Positions 17,752-25,337 of a DNA stretch of 64,000 nucleotides are shown here, one piece after another. Below the pieces are notes generated by a model. That model did not search any database. It saw nothing but the letters and a program-made list of their open reading frames with translations, and was not told where the DNA came from. The stretch comes from an uncultured Bacteroidota bacterium. Lineage in GTDB: Bacteria > Bacteroidota > Bacteroidia > Bacteroidales > P3. A program made the position numbers and the translations under genes. How positions within the stretch are numbered: position 1 is the first letter of the stretch; each line of letters begins with the position of its first letter. The stretch is taken from the NCBI GenBank assembly GCA_902790215.1, contig CADAQX010000021.1, positions 3,601-67,600 of the forward strand, given 5' to 3'.

Positions 17752-18522
17752 TCACCTAACATTCATCTTCTGCCAGATACAGGTCTCAAGCCTGTTGGGG
17801 AGTAGTTTGAGAAGAATAGGCGCCAAGTAGTTCATCAGGCCGGGTTTGACATAATGGCGTTTGCGGAACACGCCGCGCAGAGCACGGCGCACCATCCACC
17901 GGGGCGTGCGGACAATTCCGAGACGGGTGAGGAGTCTGAGCGTGGAGGGTTTGATGTTGTAGAGCGGCGTGGCAATGGCTCCAGGCAGCACAGTGGTGAC
18001 CCCCACGCCATAGGGTCGCATCTCGAAGTAGAGCGACTTGGAGTAGCTTTTGAGATATGCCTTGGTGGCGGCATAGATGGTAATGCCTGGTGTGGGCATT
18101 TGGGCTACCATGCTTGAGACATTGATGATGTAGCCTTGGCGACGTTGCTTCATCTGCTCACCGAAGAGAAAGCACAGGCGTGTGGGGGTGAGCATGTGGA
18201 GGGAGAGCATGGCTTCGGTGCGGTCGGCATAGTCGGGTGTGAGCTCGTGGAAGAAGAACATGCCGGCATTGTTGACGAGGATGTCTATCTGAAGTCCTTC
18301 GCGGCAGCACCAGTCGTAGAGCTGCTGTGCTGCCTCGGGGGCGGCAAGGTCTTGATAGCGGCCTATGGCACGCACATTGTATTGCCGGCTGATTAGCGAC
18401 GGCAGGGTGTCGAGCTGTTCCTGCTGGTTGGAGACCATGACGAGGTTGTGGCCGCGCTGTGCCAACTGGCGGCAGTATTCCAGGCCCATGCCCGAGGTGG
18501 CTCCTGTGACGAGTGCTTGCAT
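17752..18522 (-). CDS. SDR-family oxidoreductase
   Basis: TGATSGMG Rossmann motif, NNAG and YAATKAY catalytic motifs. Confidence 0.85.
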   Translation of the reverse strand: MQALVTGATSGMGLEYCRQLAQRGHNLVMVSNQQEQLDTLPSLISRQYNVRAIGRYQDLAAPEAAQQLYDWCCREGLQIDILVNNAGMFFFHELTPDYADRTEAMLSLHMLTPTRLCFLFGEQMKQRRQGYIINVSSMVAQMPTPGITIYAATKAYLKSYSKSLYFEMRPYGVGVTTVLPGAIATPLYNIKPSTLRLLTRLGIVRTPRWMVRRALRGVFRKRHYVKPGLMNYLAPILLKLLPNRLETCIWQKMNVR

Positions 18523-18585
18523 GTTTGAGAGTTGAAAGTTTAGAGTTGAAAGTTGGATGCTGTTGCGGTTTGCTGCATTTTTTTA
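18523..18585 (+). repeat. Degenerate copy of the heptamer-array plus hairpin module seen at 58541-58614
   Basis: gagagttgaaagtttagagttgaaagttggatgctgttgcggtttgctgcattttttt compared with gagaattgagagttggatgctggcgcggtttgccggcatccttttttt. Confidence 0.7.
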
Positions 18586-18589
18586 GCAG

Positions 18590-19285
18590 TTAGTTTGTCA
18601 AAGCGCGTTCGATAAAACGGTTCAGCGGCACCGTGGCCTTCCACACCCTTACCACCTCCTCAAAGAAACCGTCGGAAAGCACAGTTTTGCGGGGGATTTC
18701 ATGCATACTGCAGTAATCGCAATATTTGAGCAGGTCGATGTCGGGCCAGTCGGCAGAATAGCCTTTGGGAGGACGGGAGAGTTTCTTGGTGGTAAAAAAG
18801 CCCTTGCCATAGTAGCGCTTGTAATCCGGGGCGTTGAGGATGGCTTTGAACTCATCGGTGCAGTAGAATATCTCCTGTCGGATAGCGGCCAGCTGTTTGC
18901 TTGAGGGCATAAAGAATCCACCCCCCAGGGAGCAGTTGCCCTGCAGGCCGTAGTCTTCCTGCCCTATCTGCAGGTAGTAGCCGGGGACGCACTGCGTGCG
19001 GTCGCCGCCGAAGGGGAGGAAGCAGGCTATATGGGTTTTGTAGGGGCGTTTGTCGGGCGAGAATCGCAAATCGCGGTATATTCGATACACGCATTGCTTG
19101 GCAGAAAGGCCTCCCACGGAAGGGTCGAAGGGTGCCATGGCATCGATTAGTTGTTGTGTAAACTCCAAGAAAGAGTCGCGGATGGCAGTCCAGCGCAACT
19201 TATTGTCGTTAAACCATTCTCGGTTGTTGTTTACCGTCAATTCCTCAAAAAAACGGAGTGTGTCGGGATGTACTTGCGGTGTCAT
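18590..19285 (-). CDS. DUF2461 (TIGR02453) family protein
   Basis: FFEELTVNNNREWF and RIYRDLRFSPDKRPYKTH are the family signature segments. Confidence 0.8.
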   Translation of the reverse strand: MTPQVHPDTLRFFEELTVNNNREWFNDNKLRWTAIRDSFLEFTQQLIDAMAPFDPSVGGLSAKQCVYRIYRDLRFSPDKRPYKTHIACFLPFGGDRTQCVPGYYLQIGQEDYGLQGNCSLGGGFFMPSSKQLAAIRQEIFYCTDEFKAILNAPDYKRYYGKGFFTTKKLSRPPKGYSADWPDIDLLKYCDYCSMHEIPRKTVLSDGFFEEVVRVWKATVPLNRFIERALTN

Positions 19286-19384
19286 TTGAAAATAATTCTT
19301 AATTGAATATGCAAAGTTACGAATATTTTTTGTAATTTTGCAGTCTCAATTGCGAAAAAAACAACAAACAAAAATAATACTACT

Positions 19385-21013
19385 ATGACAGAAACTGTTA
19401 AAACCTTAAGAGACAATGCAGCCATGCGCTGGATAGCCCTGTTGCTGTTGGCATTGGCCATGTTCTGCAGCTATGTATTTATGGACATTCTGTCCCCCAT
19501 CAAGGACCTGATGCAGGAGACCCGCGGTTGGGACAGCGCCTCGTTTGGACGCATGCAAGGCGCCGAAGTGTTCCTGAACGTGTATGTGTTCTTCCTCATC
19601 TTCGCAGGTATCATCCTCGACAAGATGGGCGTGCGCTTCACTGCCGTGCTTTCGGGTGCGGTGATGCTCATCGGCGGTCTGATTAAGTTCTATGCCGTCA
19701 GCGACGCCTTCAAAGGCACAGGCATTGAGATGTGGTTCACCAATAACCTGAACTGGAACGGCGAACTTCCGGTGATCGGCGCCATCCTGCCGTTCTGCGA
19801 CGGGATGCCCGCTTCGGCCAAGCTGGCCGCCTGCGGCTTCATGCTGTTCGGTTGCGGCTGCGAAATGGCCGGTATCACGGTTAGCCGCGGTATCGTGAAA
19901 TGGTTCAAAGGCCGTGAGACTGCCCTGGCCATGGGTTCCGAGATGGCTCTTGCCCGCCTCGGTGTGGCCACCTGCATGATTTTCTCCCCCTACTTTGCCA
20001 AGCTGGGCGGCGAGGTGCACGTTGACAATGCCGTGAAATTCGGTGTCGTGCTGCTCTGCATCGCCCTCATCATGTTCATCACCTACTTCTTCATGGACAA
20101 GAAACTCGACAGCCAGACCGGCGAAGCCGAGGAGAAGGACGACCCCTTCAAGATCAGCGACCTGGGCAAGATTTTCACCAGCCTTGGTTTCTGGCTCGTG
20201 GCTCTGCTCTGCGTGCTTTACTACAGCGCCATCTTCCCCTTCCAGAAATATGCCGTCAACATGCTGCAGTGCAACCTTGACCTGACTCCCGCCGACCCCA
20301 ACACCTACTGGGGCGGAAGCTCGGTGACCTGGGTGCAGTACATCCTGATGCTCATTGTGGCAGCAGGCTCGTTCTCCAGCAACTTCATGAAAAACAGAAA
20401 GGGCATGAAATACCTCCTGATGGGCATTGCCGTTGTGGCACTGATTGTATACTGCTACATGGGATATATGCGCGGCACCGCCGAGACCATCTTCGCTGTG
20501 TTCCCGCTGCTGGCTGTGGCCATCACCCCCATCCTTGGCAACTATGTCGACCATAAGGGCAAGGCCGCTTCGATGCTGATGCTTGGCTCCATCCTGCTGG
20601 TCATCTGCCACCTCACCTTTGCATTCATCCTGCCTGGTGTTTCGGCCAAATCCGCTGCCGGTGGTGTTGTTGTGGCTTATGTCACCATCCTCGTGCTGGG
20701 TGCCTCCTTCTCACTGGTGCCTGCCGCCCTGTGGCCCTCGGTGCCCAAGCTGGTTGACGAGAAGATTATCGGTTCGGCCTACGCCGCCATCTTCTGGATA
20801 CAGAATATCGGCCTCGGTCTGTTCCCCGCCCTTATCGGCATTGTCCTTAACAAGACCAATGCAGAAGGTGCCGCTGCCCATGAGCTCAACTACACCTGGG
20901 CACTGGTCATGCTGGCCGCCCTCGGCATTGCAGCACTGCTGATTTCCATCTACCTCAAGGCCGTCGACAAAAAGAAAGGCTACGGTCTTGAAGAGCCGAA
21001 TATCAAAGACTGA
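19385..21013 (+). CDS. MFS transporter
   Basis: About 12 hydrophobic helices and an MFS-like GIILDKMGVR loop motif. A TAATTTTG box lies at 19333-19340. Confidence 0.8.
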   Translation: MTETVKTLRDNAAMRWIALLLLALAMFCSYVFMDILSPIKDLMQETRGWDSASFGRMQGAEVFLNVYVFFLIFAGIILDKMGVRFTAVLSGAVMLIGGLIKFYAVSDAFKGTGIEMWFTNNLNWNGELPVIGAILPFCDGMPASAKLAACGFMLFGCGCEMAGITVSRGIVKWFKGRETALAMGSEMALARLGVATCMIFSPYFAKLGGEVHVDNAVKFGVVLLCIALIMFITYFFMDKKLDSQTGEAEEKDDPFKISDLGKIFTSLGFWLVALLCVLYYSAIFPFQKYAVNMLQCNLDLTPADPNTYWGGSSVTWVQYILMLIVAAGSFSSNFMKNRKGMKYLLMGIAVVALIVYCYMGYMRGTAETIFAVFPLLAVAITPILGNYVDHKGKAASMLMLGSILLVICHLTFAFILPGVSAKSAAGGVVVAYVTILVLGASFSLVPAALWPSVPKLVDEKIIGSAYAAIFWIQNIGLGLFPALIGIVLNKTNAEGAAAHELNYTWALVMLAALGIAALLISIYLKAVDKKKGYGLEEPNIKD

Positions 21014-21037
21014 TAAATTTGTGTTTCAATTGTTGCA

Positions 21038-21072
21038 GCAAAGCCACTTTTCGGAGTGGCTTTGCTTTTTTT
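21038..21072 (+). terminator. Intrinsic terminator of the MFS gene
   Basis: Stem gcaaagccact/agtggctttgc followed by a T7 run. Confidence 0.8.
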
Positions 21073-21091
21073 CAATTACCCGTAATGAACC

Positions 21092-22420
21092 TCACCCGTT
21101 GATAGGCTGGACGAGCTTGCGGAGCTGTTCGATATCGAGCTGCTGGTAGAGCTGGTTGTCGGGGTCGGCAAAGAGTTTCTTGTTATTGTTGTAGTTCTCG
21201 CGGTTTTGCTCTGTCGACTTGAGAAAGATGTTGTGGGCAATAACCCGCTTGTATTCTTCAAACGACATGCGGCCGTCCTCCCAGCGCTTCTTCTCGTCTG
21301 CAGTGAGGTACTTGTTATAGCGGCTGTTCATTGTTTCCGAGATGCGGTGTGTGCCCTGGGCATCGGGGTCGCGTGCGATGGTCTCGTTGTAGTTCTTGGT
21401 CAGGGCAGGGAAATCCACCCAGCTGGTGATGGTGGTTTCCAGCAGTCGCAGCGAGCGCCGCTTGCTGTCGGTGTAGTAGCCTAAATAGGCGTGGCAGGGC
21501 TCCACGAAGATAACAGGTTTCAACCCTATCTTTCGCATTATGGAGGCAAAGAAAACACAGGCGTCCACACAGTTGGCCTGGCGGTTGTTGTAGACTTGGT
21601 CGAAGAAACGGATATGCTGCACATTGGCTCTCTTGGTGGGAGTAGAGGTACAGGATATGGAGGAATAGGTGATGCCGCGTTCAAGGGCATAGTACCAGAT
21701 GGCTTCCACCTGGCTCACCACACTCTTGGCATCCTTTTGGTAGCCGGTAATCCGCGTCACGACGCCCTGCTGCAAGATATCGCTCAGGATGCTGTCGATA
21801 TAAGGGTGTTCCTCATTGACATAAGCGGCAAACAGCCAGCGGAAGTCATGCAGTTTGTTGTCGGAGTCGAGCACACTGAGCAGGCAGTCGTTGGCGGAGC
21901 GGTAGTTGATTCGGACATTCTTGACATCGACCTCCTCGTCGTTGATAAAGCAGGTGAACGTGAGGTCTGTGATACCCTGCTGCCGTATCTGGTAAAGCTT
22001 GTCGTACTTCCACTTTACCGAGGGATGGAAGGTGTAGCGGACATCTTTGATGGGCAACACCTCCTGAAAGATGGTCACATAGTTGAGGTTCGAGGAATCA
22101 ATCGTGATACGCAGCACCGCATTGCTGGCAGGGGCAGTCACCGACACGCTGAACAGCGCATTGGTGTCGTTCAGACCGAAAGTCTGGTCACTGAGGCTGG
22201 CCACACCCATCACCAACGAGGGGTAGAACTGGTTTTCAAGATACGGATTGTATGCTGCCTCGAAATCCACATATGAGGGGTCGAAAACCTTTGGCTTTTT
22301 GTTGTGGCACGACGACAAAAGCAAAAGAGTCATGCCCAATGCCAGAAAAAGACGAAACGAAAGCCCATGATGAAGGGCATTGCATCTGCAGAATAACATA
22401 TTCTTATTGTTTGTTGACAT
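21092..22420 (-). CDS. Lipoprotein with a C-terminal transglutaminase-like Cys/His core
   Basis: Lipobox LLSSC. ANCVDACVFFASIMRKIGLKPVIFVEPCHAYLGYY resembles the transglutaminase-like Cys...His core. Start placed at 22420, where the minus strand reads TAATG across the upstream stop. Confidence 0.65.
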   Translation of the reverse strand: MSTNNKNMLFCRCNALHHGLSFRLFLALGMTLLLLSSCHNKKPKVFDPSYVDFEAAYNPYLENQFYPSLVMGVASLSDQTFGLNDTNALFSVSVTAPASNAVLRITIDSSNLNYVTIFQEVLPIKDVRYTFHPSVKWKYDKLYQIRQQGITDLTFTCFINDEEVDVKNVRINYRSANDCLLSVLDSDNKLHDFRWLFAAYVNEEHPYIDSILSDILQQGVVTRITGYQKDAKSVVSQVEAIWYYALERGITYSSISCTSTPTKRANVQHIRFFDQVYNNRQANCVDACVFFASIMRKIGLKPVIFVEPCHAYLGYYTDSKRRSLRLLETTITSWVDFPALTKNYNETIARDPDAQGTHRISETMNSRYNKYLTADEKKRWEDGRMSFEEYKRVIAHNIFLKSTEQNRENYNNNKKLFADPDNQLYQQLDIEQLRKLVQPING

Positions 22421-23769
22421 TAAGACAGAATACCGGAAACCATTACCACTATCAATGCTACCGGAGCGACATAGCGGGCAACGAAACGGAATACGCCATA
22501 GAATCGGCGGCCGACAGTGCCATGGTTGGTGAACTCGTCGAGGACTTCGGTCTCCGGCATCACCCAGCCAAGGAATATGACTGTAAGCAATGCACAAAGC
22601 GGTGGCAGATAGATGCTGTTGAGACGGTCGACAAAGTCAAACAGGGTGTAACCTGCCAGCTTGATGTGAGACAGAGGGCCTACCGAGAGCGAGAACACCA
22701 CTCCCAGCAGCGTGGTCAGCAGGAATACTATTCCGGCACCAATACCCCGGCGTGTGCCGGTATGCTCGCAGAGTGTGGCCGTGAGTGCCTCCAGCAAGGA
22801 GATGGCGCTGGTGAGCGCAGCAACCATCAAAAGGATGAAGAATATCGTGGAAAACACCTGTCCGGCGCCACCCATTGTATTGAACACATTGGGCAGCACA
22901 CAGAACACCAGCCCCGGACCGCCGGCAGGGTCGAACCCACAGCTGAACACTGCGGGGAAGATGGCCACACCGGCCAGGATGGCAATCAGCGTGTCGCACA
23001 CCGTAATCCACATGGCTGTCTTGAAGATATTGTCGTTGACAGGTATATACGAGCCATACACCAGCATAATGCCCATGCCCACACTCAGCGAGAAGAGAGC
23101 CTGCCCGAGTGCGGCAAGGATTCCCTCGCCCGTAAGCTTGGAGAAATCCGGAGAAAAGAGATACTCTACGCCTTTCACCGCGCCGGGCAGCGTAAGACTG
23201 CGCACGCAAAGCACCAGAATCAGGACTACCAGCACCGGCATCAGCACCTTCGACACATTCTCAATGCCCTTCTGCACCCCGCCAAGGACAATGAATAGCC
23301 CCAGCAGAGCAAAGATGACAAGGAAAAGGATAGGCTTGGTGCCCGTGGAGAACTGGGAGAAATAGTTGGAGATAGGCGCGGCACTGGTGCCCAACGCTGC
23401 CAGCGAGCCGGACAGCGATTCCCAAATATAGCCTGTGGTCCATCCCGAAAGAACGAGATACTGCGACAGGATAAAGAAACTGGTGACAATGCCCAGCAAG
23501 CCCACCAGTCCCCATCCCTTGCGGTCGGGACGCAAAGCAGGGAATGCCTTGATAGGCGTATGCTGTGCCCGGCGGCCGATGACAAATTCCGACATCATCA
23601 GCACACTGCCTATTAGAAAAACAAAACAAATATATACAATCAGGAATGCACCTCCGCCATATTTGCCACAAGTGTAGGGAAAACGCCAGATATTGCCCAG
23701 GCCGACGGCAGAGCCGACAGCAGCCATAATGGCTCCAAGATTGGAAGAAAAGGATTTTTGTTGTGTCAT
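22420..23769 (-). CDS. Neurotransmitter:sodium symporter (NSS/SNF) family transporter
   Basis: The N-terminal AAVGSAVGLGNIWRFPY signature is diagnostic of NSS. Confidence 0.9.
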   Translation of the reverse strand: MTQQKSFSSNLGAIMAAVGSAVGLGNIWRFPYTCGKYGGGAFLIVYICFVFLIGSVLMMSEFVIGRRAQHTPIKAFPALRPDRKGWGLVGLLGIVTSFFILSQYLVLSGWTTGYIWESLSGSLAALGTSAAPISNYFSQFSTGTKPILFLVIFALLGLFIVLGGVQKGIENVSKVLMPVLVVLILVLCVRSLTLPGAVKGVEYLFSPDFSKLTGEGILAALGQALFSLSVGMGIMLVYGSYIPVNDNIFKTAMWITVCDTLIAILAGVAIFPAVFSCGFDPAGGPGLVFCVLPNVFNTMGGAGQVFSTIFFILLMVAALTSAISLLEALTATLCEHTGTRRGIGAGIVFLLTTLLGVVFSLSVGPLSHIKLAGYTLFDFVDRLNSIYLPPLCALLTVIFLGWVMPETEVLDEFTNHGTVGRRFYGVFRFVARYVAPVALIVVMVSGILS

Positions 23770-23782
23770 AGAAGATAGTATT

Positions 23783-23825
23783 TTCTGATTACCGATTATT
23801 CTGAATATTATGATTATTCTGATTT
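23783..23825. repeat. GATTATTCT word repeat
   Basis: ttctgattaccgattattctgaatattatgattattctgattt lies between the NSS start and the ruvC stop. Confidence 0.8.
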
Positions 23826-24399
23826 ACCCGACCCTCTCAGGGTTTGCACTCACAAAGTCGGCCCACTGCTGCTTCTTGCTCTTGCGGACACGGGTGGGCT
23901 TCAACTGCTGGCGGATGTCGCCCAGCGGGTCGCTCAGCTCCAAGTGGCATGTGTAGGCCACCGCCAGTGCATCCGAAGCGTCGAGATACTGGGGGATGCT
24001 GTCAAAGCCAAACACACCCTGCAGCATAGCCGCCACCTGCTCCTTGGCGGCGTTGCCGTTGCCCGTCACCCGCTGCTTGATGGCGGCAGGCTCATACTCG
24101 GTATAGGAAAGCTCACGGCTCAGTGCCGCCCCTATTGCCACGCCCTGTGCCTTGCCCAGCTTGAGCATCGACTGCACATTCTTTCCCGCAAAAGGGGCCT
24201 CAATAGCCAAGTGGTCGGGGTGGTACGAGTCGATAATCCGCTGGGTGGTATCGAAGATTTTCCGCATACGGAGATGGAAGTCGACAATTTTGCGCAGATA
24301 CAGCACATCCATCACCACCAACCGTGGTGCGGAGCCATCCGTGTCAATCAGACTATACCCCAATATCCGGGTGCCGGGGTCGATACCTAGAATCAGCAT
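23824..24399 (-). CDS. ruvC: Holliday junction resolvase RuvC
   Basis: MLILGIDPGTRILGYS start and a C-terminal ASDALAVAYTC motif. Start at 24399 lies behind a TATTTTTG box. Confidence 0.9.
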   Translation of the reverse strand: MLILGIDPGTRILGYSLIDTDGSAPRLVVMDVLYLRKIVDFHLRMRKIFDTTQRIIDSYHPDHLAIEAPFAGKNVQSMLKLGKAQGVAIGAALSRELSYTEYEPAAIKQRVTGNGNAAKEQVAAMLQGVFGFDSIPQYLDASDALAVAYTCHLELSDPLGDIRQQLKPTRVRKSKKQQWADFVSANPERVG

Positions 24400-24415
24400 T
24401 GTGCCATATTTTTTG

Positions 24416-24444
24416 CAAAAATACGAATATTTTTTGTATCTTTG
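24416..24444. promoter_or_regulatory. Divergent -7 boxes (TATTTTTG for ruvC on the minus strand at 24416-24423; TATCTTTG for the + gene at 24437-24444)
   Basis: Both match the TAnnTTTG consensus at suitable distances from the two ATGs. Confidence 0.6.
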
Positions 24445-24489
24445 CATTTTTAAATGCAGTGACAACAATAATTTAATTATAACAATACC

Positions 24490-25317
24490 ATGGACAAACT
24501 GATTATCACCGCTGCCATCTGTGGCGCAGAAGTTACCAAGGAGCAGAACCCTGCCGTTCCCTACACCGTTGAAGAGATAGTGCGCGAGGCCAAATCGGCC
24601 GTCGATGCCGGCGCCGCCATCGTACACCTGCACGTGCGCCACGACGACGGCACACCCACCCAAAGCCGCGACCGTTTCCAAGAGTGCGAAGAGGCTATCC
24701 TCAAAGAGTGCCCCAACGTCATCCTCATTCCCTCCACAGGCGGTGCCGTGGGCATGACCCCCGACGAGCGCCTACAGAGCACCGACACCACTCCCCTGCC
24801 CGAAATGGCAACCCTCGACTGCGGCACCTGCAACTTCGGCGACGAAATCTTCGACAACACCATGCCCACCATGCGCGCCTTTGGCAAACGAATGATGGAA
24901 CGCGGCATCAAGCCCGAATACGAGTGCTTCGAGATGGGTCACCTCGACACCATCCTCACCATGGCCCGCAAAGGCGAGGTGCCCGGTGCTCCGATGCAGT
25001 TCAACTTCGTGCTCGGCGTACCCGGCTGCACCCCCGCCACCGTCGACAACCTCTGCTGGCTCGTTAAAAACATCCCCGCAGGCAGCACCTGGACAGCCAC
25101 CGGCATCGGCCGCCACGCCTTCACGCTCGCAGCGCCCACTATCGTCATGGGCGGCAACGTGCGCGTAGGTTTCGAGGACAACCTCTACCTTGAACGCGGC
25201 GTACTGGCCAAGAGCAACGGCGAACTGGTCGACAAGGTCGTCCGCATGGCCAAACTCCTCGGCCGTCCCGTAGCCAACAGCGACGAAGCCCGCGAAATTC
25301 TCGGACTCAAAAGATAA
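24490..25317 (+). CDS. kce: 3-keto-5-aminohexanoate cleavage enzyme (BKACE/DUF849 family)
   Basis: MDKLIITAAICGAE...PYTVEEIVREAKSAVDAGAAIVHLHVR is the canonical BKACE N-terminus. Confidence 0.85.
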   Translation: MDKLIITAAICGAEVTKEQNPAVPYTVEEIVREAKSAVDAGAAIVHLHVRHDDGTPTQSRDRFQECEEAILKECPNVILIPSTGGAVGMTPDERLQSTDTTPLPEMATLDCGTCNFGDEIFDNTMPTMRAFGKRMMERGIKPEYECFEMGHLDTILTMARKGEVPGAPMQFNFVLGVPGCTPATVDNLCWLVKNIPAGSTWTATGIGRHAFTLAAPTIVMGGNVRVGFEDNLYLERGVLAKSNGELVDKVVRMAKLLGRPVANSDEAREILGLKR

Positions 25318-25337
25318 CCTATCAAATTGTATATTAA

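Noticed and set aside
18545-18585. A functional + strand intrinsic terminator after the SDR gene start.
   Set aside because: The stem is only about 4-6 bp here, against 10 bp in the intact copy at 58581-58614. I report it only as a decayed repeat module.
23824-24681. Full 285-aa ORF taken as ruvC. The same question applies to the extended starts of nadE (16748), GT4 (33181), GT2 (33086), DUF58 (41814), the C10 protease (51266) and the lipoprotein (22597).
   Set aside because: The extensions cover promoter boxes or upstream genes and have no homology-like sequence. Internal ATGs give canonical N-termini.
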